Shown here in pieces: positions 1-11,057 of a stretch of 64,000 nt of DNA. Position numbers and translations under genes: made by a program. Position 1 is the stretch's first letter, and each line of letters starts with the position of its first letter. Source of the stretch: an uncultured Gemmatimonadales bacterium (GTDB lineage Bacteria; Gemmatimonadota; Gemmatimonadetes; Gemmatimonadales; GWC2-71-9); NCBI GenBank assembly GCA_963844035.1, contig CAWJMT010000027.1:1-64000 (forward strand), given 5' to 3'. The notes beneath the pieces were generated by a model that saw only the letters and a program-made list of their open reading frames with translations, did not search any database and was not told the origin of the DNA.

Positions 1-429
1 GACGGCCTGCCCCAGCACACCGAAGCCCAGGAAGCCGACGCCGAACGCGGCCTTCGCGAGCCGCTCCCGCGGCTGCCAGCGACCTTCGCGCTGCTGCTCC
101 GCGTACGCGTTCGCCTCGCGATAGGCGGCAAGCACCGCGAGGGCGACGTACTCGACCATCTGCTCGGCCATTCCCGGCATCCTCGAGGCGGATCACCGGA
201 ATGCCGTCCGGCAATCTCGGCGCCGCCAGCAGCACGTCCACGCCGGCGCCGGGGTCGAAGTCGCCTTCGCGGGGCGCACGCGGGCGAACAATTCCGGCGG
301 CGGCTTCCAGACGAGCGCGTAATCGGTCTCGGCGCGGGCCTCCGGCCAGACGGTGATCGCCGCGTCCGGCAGCGCCGCCGCGAGCGCCGCGTGCCACGCC
401 TCTTCCGCATCGCGCGGCGGTTGCAGCAA
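1..429 (-). CDS. ghrA: Glyoxylate/hydroxypyruvate reductase A-like 2-hydroxyacid dehydrogenase (frameshifted, runs off window)
   Basis: [10 protein letters not shown]...[13 protein letters not shown]; after a frameshift GVDVLL...[18 protein letters not shown]...[13 protein letters not shown] (Rossmann GxGxxG). Confidence 0.8.
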
Positions 430-454
430 GTCGCCCTGACGGACGCCCTCGTCG

Positions 455-2444
<1,990 letters not shown>

Positions 2445-2463
<19 letters not shown>

Positions 2464-2594
2464 CGGCGCCGTGCCCGTGGTCGGATGAGATCCGCGCGAC
2501 ATCCCGTGACCTTTCCGATCTTTTCGACGAGCATCCTGATGAAGCGCCAGACCTTCGGGATGAGCCAGATCATCAGCAGCACGAGGACCGCCAG
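2445..2594 (-). pseudogene. C-terminal fragment of a membrane protein (DUF4126-like)
   Basis: LAVLVLLMIWLIPKVWRFIRMLVEK resembles the DUF4126 C-terminal helix; it sits directly upstream of the carboxylase alpha subunit. Confidence 0.45.
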
Positions 2595-3246
2595 GACCTG
2601 TTGCCCCAACCCCGTCACCACGCGCGAGATAACGAGCGACACGCCGACCATCAGGTAGTCGGGATAGTGCATCACCAACACGTTGATCGTGGGACCGAAA
2701 TCCCACGCCCCGCGGGCCCGCGCGATCAGCATCCCGAGCGGATTCATGGAGGCGGCAATGAGACCAGCAACCAGGGTCCTGGCGGGAGTGTTCGGCACGA
2801 TCGCGGGGAAAATCAGGATGACCACCCCGACCCACGTGATCTGTGGCAGCAGCGGCCAGTGCTCCGGGAACGCCTTCCCAGTGCCAGCTCATGCCGATGC
2901 CGAATGCGACGAAAACCATGTACACCGAGTCCGACATCCAGCATGAACCGGGGGTCGCGGTCGCTCGTGCGGGTCCAGAAGAACAGCGCGAGCGAGACGA
3001 GCACGCTCACGCCGGCGATCGCGTCGAACCCCCGAAGGCGATACGAGCCCGGGTCTCCGTGAGTCATCGCGCGGAGCGCGAAGTGATACGACGTCGTCGC
3101 CGACGATCCAGAGCACGGCCGTGAGGAGCGCCATCACTCCGAGACGCCGCGACGCTTCCCGCAGCAGGTCCTTCGGGATAGCCCGGGGTTGGCTCCGCTG
3201 CGCCGGCGTGCTCCCGAGCGGGCTGGATTCGTTGGGCGGTGGACAT
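2595..3246 (-). pseudogene. N-terminal membrane domain of a Ser/Thr kinase paralog, truncated before the kinase domain
   Basis: Closely parallels 3252-4841 ([43 protein letters not shown]) but stops matching at LGQQV. Confidence 0.75.
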
Positions 3247-3251
3247 GACCG

Positions 3252-4841
3252 TCATGCGGGCGGGTGCGCCTCCCACCACTCCCTCGCCTGCGCCTCGCTC
3301 CACGGCTCGCCCTCGACGCCCGCGAGCAGGCGGGCCAGCTCCGCGGCGCTCTGCGGGCCGATCCTCCGGCTTCTTCGCCAGGCAGGCCAGCACGAGCCGC
3401 TCCGAGCGTCGGCGGGATCGGGAGCGTGGTACGCTGCGACGGGGGGACCGGATCCTCCCGCAGGTGCTTCGCCAGCATCTGGAACCCGGTCGTCCGCTTC
3501 GAAGACGAGCTCCCCCGTGAGCACGAAGTAGGCCACGCACCCGAGCGCGTAGAGATCCGCGCGCGCGTCCACCGGGTCGCCCAACGCCATCTCCGGCGCC
3601 ATGTACGCGGGCGTCCCGGGAGTGAGACCGGCGGCGGTGGCGAGCGACTCCCCGCTCGCCCGCGAGCGTCACGTACTTCACCAGGCCGAAGTCGAGCACC
3701 TTCACGAAGTCGCGGCGCAGCCCCAGCCGGCCGACCTGGATGTTCGCAGGCTTGATGTCCCGGTGCACCAGCCCGCGCACGTGCGCCTCTTCCAGCGAGG
3801 CGCACACCTGGCGCAGGATGTAGATGACGCGGGGCGCCGGGCAGCGGACCGTACCGGCGCACCATCGCTTCGAGCGTCATGCCGTCCAGCAGCTCCATCA
3901 CGAAGTAGAGCGTCTCGTCGTCGGTCACGCCGAAGTCGTACAGCTCGACCGTGTGCGGCGACCGCAGGCTGGCCACGGTCTCGGCCTCGCGCCGGAAGCG
4001 CTTGACCGCGAGCTGCGCCGTCTCGCCGCCGCGCGCGCCGATCATCTCGGGCCGGATCAGCTTGATCGCGGCCGGCCGGGCGAGCATGCGATGGGTCGCC
4101 CGGTACACCTCCCCCATGCCGCCGCGCCCCAGCAACTCGCCCGAGCTGGTAGCTCCCCATCTCGCGCGCCTTGGCGACCTGCTGGCCCAGCCGCGTCACG
4201 ACGTGCGAGATCACCGCCGCGACGCCCGCCATCAGGTAGTCGGGATAGTGCATCAGCAGCACGTTGCTCGTGGGACCGAAGTCCCACGTCGCCCCGGGCC
4301 TTGGCAATCATCATGCCGAGCGGGTTCATGGACACGGCGATGAGCCCCGCGATCAGGGTCTTGCGGGGCGTGTTCGGCACGATCGCGGCGAAGATCAACG
4401 TGATGACGCCGTTCCACGTGATCAGGGGCGACATGACCCATCCCGGCGGGGACCGGCTGCCAGTGCATGATCAGACCGAGGGCGAGCCCCGTGAGCACCA
4501 TGTACCCAAGTCCGAGATCGAGCGTCCGCTGCGGGTCCCAGTCGCGCTTGCGCGTACCGACCCACAGCGCGAAGGAGACGAGCGCGCTCACGACGCAGAT
4601 GGCGTCCGTCCGGTCGAGGTGCAGCCAGCGCGGGGCCCCCATGCGACATAACGAGCAGTGCCACATGATCCAGCAGCGGGCTGACGACCCATAGCGTGGC
4701 CGCGAGCAGCGACATGATTCCCAGGCGGCGGGACGCCTCCCGCAGCAGATCGTCGGGCAGGGGGCGGGGCTGGCCCCGGGAGGTTCTGAGCTCCGCCGGG
4801 GTGCTGGGGCGCGGTGCGGCGATCAGCGGCGGGGTCGGCAT
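3252..4841 (-). CDS. Membrane-anchored Hanks-type Ser/Thr protein kinase (multi-TM N-terminus), frameshifted
   Basis: [44 protein letters not shown]; hydrophobic N-terminal half. Confidence 0.9.
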
Positions 4842-4900
4842 GACCGTAAAAAGTAGCGGTCGCGCCACGGCTCGATAGCTTCCATCGAGGCTTATGGCAG

Positions 4901-6075
4901 GTGATGGACCCCCAAGCAGTGGTATCGGAGAATCCTATGAGCACCCCAGCACCCGGACCCGCGCGCGGGTCGGCATCGGCGCCCGCATTTGCACCTGTAC
5001 CCGCACCCGCACCCGCGCCCCCGGCCGCGGGGAGCCTGACTCAGCTCCCCGAGCGTCCCCTGTTTCGCATTCTCGCGTACTACGTGCTCCTGTTCGCGGG
5101 CGCCGCCGCGGTGATTCAGCTCTGGCCCGAAGTCCTTCCCTTCTTCAACGCGCCGTTGCCCGTCTCGACGTTTCTCCCGAGCGGCATGGGGCACGACGCT
5201 GCCCTGCAGGTCGCTGGAGGCGAGGCGCCGGGTCCGTGGCACGTCGTGCTCGCGACGGTGGTCGCCCTGGCGAGCGCCTGCCTGCTGATGCTGCCGGTCA
5301 CCTGGATGTACGTACAGACCCGCCGCAAGAAGGGGTTCCGGCAATCGGTCGTCCAGACGCTCATCATTCTGCCGCTGGTGGTCGCCGGCGTAATCCTGCT
5401 GGTGCAGAACAGCACGGCGTTAGCGTTCAGCCTCGGTGGCATCGTCGGCGCCGTCAGTTTCCGGAACACGCTGCGGGATACCAAGGACACGATCTACATC
5501 TTCCTCGCGATCGTCGTCGGCTGTCGCCGCCGGGGTGCATGCGATGCTCGTGGCCGCGACCATCTCCGTCAGCTTCAACATCGTGGCATTGATCATGTGG
5601 TGGACCGACTTTGGCCGGGTCGGCGCCGTGCTCGAGGGTGGGCCGGCCGAACGGCGCCTGGCGCGGGCGAAGGCCATGGCCGACCGGTCGGGGGGGTTCA
5701 TCTCGCTCGTCGATCGCGAGCTGCTGCAGTCGATGACACCCGAGCAGCTCGACGTGCTGGCGGGCCGCGCGCGGCTGCGCCAGCATGCCGCTGCCGAGGC
5801 AGCGGACCTTGATGACGTGATCAAACCGAAGCGCGACCGTACACTCCGCTTGCAGATCTCAGGCCCGCCGGCGCCGGCACGCCGGGCGGCCGAGGCCGCT
5901 CTGGAAGGGCAACACGAAGCGCTGGCAGTTCATCAAGTCGTGCTCGAACGGGCCCGGGTCCGGAACGCTCGAGTACCGCGTGCGGCTCAAAAAGACCGCC
6001 GACCCGGCGGACTTTCTGGGTCGATTCCGCGCTGCCGCCGGCGCCGTCGTTGAGAAAGCGGATCTCGACGAATGA
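4901..6075 (+). CDS. DUF4956-family membrane protein, frameshifted
   Basis: QSVVQTLIILPLVVAGVILLVQNSTALAFSLGGIVGAVSFRNTLRDTKDTIYIFLAIVVG matches the DUF4956 signature; C-terminal soluble domain ending KADLDE*. Confidence 0.8.
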
Positions 6076-7050
6076 AGCGGCGCAGTACTCCAGGGCGCCT
6101 ACATCGACGAGCTGCGCAGCGCTATCGCTGAAGGCCTCGAGCAGCGCTACACCGTCGAGGGACTGCTCGGCACGGGAGGGATGGCGCTGGTCTTTGCGGG
6201 CCGGGACCTGAAGCGGAATCGCCCGGTCGCCATCAAGGTGCTGAGCCCCGAGATCGCCAGCGCGGTCACGACCGCCCGATTCGTGAAAGAGATCCTGTGG
6301 AGCGCGAATCTGCAGCATCCCCACATCGTTCCGGTGCTCGACTCCGGTGAGGCCAACGGCTTCCCGTACCTGGTGATGCCGTTCGTCGAGGGTGAGACCC
6401 TCGGCGCCAAATTGGCCGAGCACGGGGCGCTTCCCATCGCAACGGCGGTGAAGTACGCCACCGAAGTGGCGCTGGCGCTCGACTATGCCCACAGCAAGGG
6501 GATCGTGCATCGCGATATCAAGCCCGAAAACATCATGATCTCCCACGAGTACGCCCTCGTTGCCGACTTCGGGGTCGCGCGCGCGCTGGGGGTCGCGAGC
6601 GGCAACACGCTCACCGGACCCGGGTCGCCGATCGGCACGCTGGCATACATGAGTCCGGAGCAGGTGCTGGGAAGCCCCGACGTCGATGGCCGGAGCGACA
6701 TCTACAGCCTGGGGTGCGTCACCTACGAGATGCTGGCGGGCCGGCGCGCGTTCGGTGGTACCTCCTTGCGGCAAATCATGGAGCAGCAGCTGAACAGCGA
6801 GCCACCTTCGCTCGGTACCGCGCGGCCCGAGATCCCGCCGCCCATCACCGCGGCCGTCACGCGCGCGCTGGACAAGGATCCGGCCAGGCGCTTTGAGACC
6901 GCGCGCGAGTTTGCCGCGGCGCTCGGTGAAGTCCCCGCAGCGGCGCTCACGGCGCGGCCCGCGGCCGCACAGTCGCGCACCGGCCTGTGGCTCTTGATCG
7001 GCGCCGGAGTCGCCGTCGCGCTGCTCGTCGCTACGCTGCTGCGCCGCTGA
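6072..7050 (+). CDS. Ser/Thr protein kinase with C-terminal TM anchor
   Basis: [50 protein letters not shown]; probable start ATG overlaps the DUF4956 stop (needs one indel). Confidence 0.9.
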
Positions 7051-7064
7051 CCGAGGGCACCTCC

Positions 7065-10000
7065 ATGCCGCCACCCTCGCAGGTTCGCTGCAGTGTCCCC
7101 GGTCGCGAGTTGCTCCAGGTGCTCGCCACGGCGCCACTCCCCCTCGGCCTGCGCGACGCGCGATCGGTGACGAGCGTCCACCGCGATCTCTACTTCGACA
7201 CCGCGGACGGTGTGCTGCGGGCCGGCGATGTGGTCAGCCGGTTGCGCTACCGGGCCGACGGCAGCTGTATCCTGTCCCTCACGGTCTCCAAGGCGACGGC
7301 GGGCGACGACCCCGGCGCTCGGCACGTTGAAGCCGAGCTCGTTGCGCAGGCACCGTTGGCTGCGCTCAGCGGCGACTCGGAGCCCGCGCGCCGCTGCCGG
7401 GCGTTCGCGGATCCGGCATTGCTGGAAGCTCAGATCGAACTGGCCGTGACACGCACGACCCGCTTCGCATGGGCGGGGTGGCTCCGGCAGGCCGTGGTCG
7501 AGTGCCAGCTGGACGATGTGACACTCCGCCACGGCGATCTCTCCGACGCGTTCCAGGAGCTGAAGCTGCGTCGGTCGGGTTTTGGCGGCCCCAGCCTCGA
7601 GCGACTCGCCCGCGTGTGGGCCGAGCAGCACGCGCTCCGCCCCTCCCTCACCACCAAGCTGCAGCGCGCCGAGGCTATCCGGCAGCGTCTCGACCATGAT
7701 GCCGTGACGTTCCAGTTGGGCCCCGGGCGATCGGTAGCGGTGGTGGCCATCCACGACGGCTCCGTCGCGGTGGTGGCGGACGGTGACCGCGTGCGCCTCC
7801 CCACCGGTGCAGGGGCGGGAGAGGCGGCGTGCCGTCATGCCATGCAGGCGTGGCTGCGGAGCCGCGTCGGCGAGGTGTCTCTCCTCGGCAGCGCCGAGAC
7901 GCCGTCCGGCGATCGAAGCGTTGAGGTTTGGGTGGTGCGCCGCCCTCGCCATGCCGCCGCGGCCACCGCGCAAGGCGCGGTGAAATGGTTGCCGCTCGAG
8001 GCACTGGCCGCGTTCGCAGCCGCCGGTGCGCTCGGCGATCCCGAGAGTCTGGCCGCCTACCGCGTGGTAGCGGCATCCGGACTCCTGCAGGCGCTGGGGC
8101 ACGCGCCCGCCAGCACTCGCCGGACCGCCACGCGCCCCGTCACGCCGGCCGAACCGGAGCGGGAGGTGTCCGACGATCTGCTCGATGGTCCCCAGAGCGA
8201 GCTGGCCTTCATTGCGCGCGTGCTGGCGCTTGCCGAAGACGTGCGCGTGCCGGTGCTCGAGCGGATTCGCTACGTCGGGATCGTGAGCGCCAACCTCGAT
8301 GAGTTCCATATGGGGTCTGCCGGCTGGCTGCGCCGCAGCGCCGAGCGCGATGCGTCCGCGCGGGAGCGCCTCGTTCTTCTCACCGCCGATGTGGGCCGGC
8401 TGCTCGAGCGGCAACGCCGTGCTCTCAACGCCTGCCTTGCCGTGCTCGCGACGCATGACATCGCGCTCCGCCGCTGGGACGCCCTGAACGACGCGGAGAA
8501 GACCAAGCTACGGGAGCGCTTCGCCAGCGAGATCGCCCCGCTGCTCACCCCGCGCGCCATCACCGTCAGCCCCGGGCACCCGGTTCCGAGCATTCCACCG
8601 TTGACGCTTGCGTTCGCCGTTGAACTCGGCGAGGGAACGGGCCCCGTCCACTACGCCTACTTGAAGGTCCCGCCCGACGTGCCGCGTTTTCTCGAGGTTC
8701 CCGGAGGCGTCGTCCTCGTAGAGGACCTCATCCGCGCGGAGCTGGGCCGGGTCTACCCGGATCGCCCGGTGCAAGGGGCGTGGCTATTCCGGGTCACACG
8801 GCTCTCCGACCTGGATGTCGACGAGGCGGGATCGGGCGATCTGCTCCAGGCCATGGAGGAGGACCTGGACCAGCGGCGGACGAATCTGATCGTCCGGGTC
8901 GAAGTGGAGCATGACATGCCGCCGGCCGTGCTCGACATGCTGCTGCGGGAGCTGCGCTTCCAGGGCTCGGGGTGGGCCGCCGCGGCGGTCAGCGCTCCGG
9001 AAGTCCAGCGGGTCGAGGGGCTGCTGGCGCTCAGCGACGTGCGCGAGCTCGCTGATGCCGCGGTTCCGGACGGCACCTTCCCTCCGTTCGTGCCGCGCCA
9101 ATCCTTCGCTCCCGACCAGCCGTTGTGGGACCAGCTCCAGGTGGCCGACCGCATCGTGCATCATCCCTATGACGACTTCGCGGCAACGGTCGTTCGGTTT
9201 GTGAGCGACGCCGCGGACGATCCCGACGTCGTTGCCCTGAAGCTGACGCTCTATCGTGGCGGGGATCGCTCACCGCTCGTGGATGCGCTGCAACGCGCGG
9301 CGCGCGCGGGGAAAGACGTCGCCGTGTTCGTCGAGCTCAAGGCGCGCTTCGACGAGGCGCGCAACGTCGTCTCGGGGAAACGACTCGAGGCGGCGGGGGT
9401 GCAGGTCGTCTACGGCCTGGTCGGACTGAAGAACCACGCCAAGGCGGCACTCGTGGTGCGACGAGAGGCCGGCGGGCTGCGACGCTACGTGCACCTCGGG
9501 ACCGGGAATTACAACCCTGGTACGGCACGGGTCTATACCGACATCGGGCTCTTCTCGGCGGACCATGAGTTGGGCGAGGACGTGCACGACCTGTTCAACC
9601 AGTTGACGGGGACGTCGGGCCCGCCCCAGTCGGGCTTCCGGCGGCTGCTCGTGGCGCCATCACACCTGTTGGCGGCGATCCTCGAACGCATCGAGCGGGA
9701 AGCGGAGCATGCGCGGCAGGGCCGCGCCGGCGTGATCCGGGCCAAGATCAACGGCCTCGAAGATGCCGAAGTGATTCGGGCGCTCTACGCTGCGTCGCAG
9801 GCGGGGGTCGAGATCGATCTGCTGGTGCGCGGGCTGTGCCGGCTCCGGCCCGGGGTCCCGGGGCTCTCGGACCGCATCCGCGTGCGGAGTACGCTGGGAC
9901 GATTCCTCGAGCACGCGCGGATCTACCATTTCGGCAACGCCGGCGAGCCGGAGTACTTCATTGCTTCAGCTGACTGGCGCCCCCGCAACCTGCGACGCCG

Positions 10001-10178
10001 AGTCGAGGTGGCCGCGCCGATCACCGACCCGCGCTGCCGCGAGTACATCGAGCGGGTGCTGACCGTGGAGCTGAGCGATCCGACGGCGTGGATCCTCGGA
10101 TCTGATGGGCAATATGCGGCTCCCGCCGCGGCCGTGGGCGACGCTCGCAGCGCACAGCAGTTGTTTGCCGGCCCCTAG
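7065..10178 (+). CDS. ppk1: Polyphosphate kinase 1 with ~370-aa N-terminal extension (CYTH-like + NUDIX-like domains)
   Basis: SANLDEF, LLTPRAI, FRVTR, HHPYDDF, LKLTLYR, VELKARFDEARN, KNHAK, HLGTGNYN, RFLEHARIY, SADWRPRNLRRRVEV; N-terminal RDLYFDTADGVL...SRLRY. Confidence 0.93.
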   Translation: MPPPSQVRCSVPGRELLQVLATAPLPLGLRDARSVTSVHRDLYFDTADGVLRAGDVVSRLRYRADGSCILSLTVSKATAGDDPGARHVEAELVAQAPLAALSGDSEPARRCRAFADPALLEAQIELAVTRTTRFAWAGWLRQAVVECQLDDVTLRHGDLSDAFQELKLRRSGFGGPSLERLARVWAEQHALRPSLTTKLQRAEAIRQRLDHDAVTFQLGPGRSVAVVAIHDGSVAVVADGDRVRLPTGAGAGEAACRHAMQAWLRSRVGEVSLLGSAETPSGDRSVEVWVVRRPRHAAAATAQGAVKWLPLEALAAFAAAGALGDPESLAAYRVVAASGLLQALGHAPASTRRTATRPVTPAEPEREVSDDLLDGPQSELAFIARVLALAEDVRVPVLERIRYVGIVSANLDEFHMGSAGWLRRSAERDASARERLVLLTADVGRLLERQRRALNACLAVLATHDIALRRWDALNDAEKTKLRERFASEIAPLLTPRAITVSPGHPVPSIPPLTLAFAVELGEGTGPVHYAYLKVPPDVPRFLEVPGGVVLVEDLIRAELGRVYPDRPVQGAWLFRVTRLSDLDVDEAGSGDLLQAMEEDLDQRRTNLIVRVEVEHDMPPAVLDMLLRELRFQGSGWAAAAVSAPEVQRVEGLLALSDVRELADAAVPDGTFPPFVPRQSFAPDQPLWDQLQVADRIVHHPYDDFAATVVRFVSDAADDPDVVALKLTLYRGGDRSPLVDALQRAARAGKDVAVFVELKARFDEARNVVSGKRLEAAGVQVVYGLVGLKNHAKAALVVRREAGGLRRYVHLGTGNYNPGTARVYTDIGLFSADHELGEDVHDLFNQLTGTSGPPQSGFRRLLVAPSHLLAAILERIEREAEHARQGRAGVIRAKINGLEDAEVIRALYAASQAGVEIDLLVRGLCRLRPGVPGLSDRIRVRSTLGRFLEHARIYHFGNAGEPEYFIASADWRPRNLRRRVEVAAPITDPRCREYIERVLTVELSDPTAWILGSDGQYAAPAAAVGDARSAQQLFAGP

Positions 10179-11057
10179 TGGCAATTCCCTCCAGCCCTAT
10201 CCAACACGACGTGGTTCACATCGAGGAACGCGGACGTCCACCCCGCGGCAGTTAGCGTGACCATCAGCACTCCGTAGCGATCCTGGAGGCGGAACGTGCT
10301 GTGAGGCTCGGGCTTGGCTCGGAAGGCGCGCAACTCACCACCGCCCGTCCCGACAACGATTTCGGTGATGCCGCGCGTTGAATCAGCGGTTCCCTGCGGC
10401 GTTTGCGGCAGGAAACGCTCGTAGTTGTGGTCGTGCCCGCTCAGGACCAGATCGGCGCCCCCATCGTACAGGATCCGCCACACCGGCTCCAAGCGGGGAT
10501 CGGTGCCGTGTAATCCCGAGCTGAAGCGGGGATGGTGCCAGTAGGCCACGGTGCACCGCGCGGGATGGGACTGCAGATCCTCTCTCAGCCAATCCTCCTG
10601 CGCCTTTCGCGCCGCGTCGGAGAAACGGGCGTTCACCACGATTTCACTGTTCAGCACGACCGCGTGCCACGGCCCCACATCGTAGCTGTAGTATCCCCTG
10701 CCCTTGGGTCCGGCGCGGCTCCCGAAGTACTGGTAGTACGGGGATGCTCCATCCGAGACATACTCGTGGTTCCCCGCCGCGGGATGGATGTTGTTCATGA
10801 TCAGCTTGGCGGTGTCGCCCCAGGTCGAGCCGAAGCACTGCGCGAAGTCCCCGGTCGACCCATTGGGATAGGCGTTGTCGCCCATTGTGACGACGACCGC
10901 CTGGACGTTGGTCCCGCGGGCGGCGCGCAGCACGCTGTCGACCAGGCTGCGCAGTCGCCACGGCACCGGGAAGATCACACCGCCCAATATCTCCGGTGCC
11001 GATCAGCACCGCTGTGCCACTCGCCGCGATTTGTAACCACGCCAGGGCGATCAACAT
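10175..11057 (-). CDS. Secreted calcineurin-like metallophosphoesterase (acid/alkaline phosphatase-like), frameshifted near N-terminus
   Basis: GDIG, GDNAY, GNHEY, WHHPRFSSG, LSGHDHNYER, VVGTGG; N-terminal hydrophobic signal. Confidence 0.9.
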
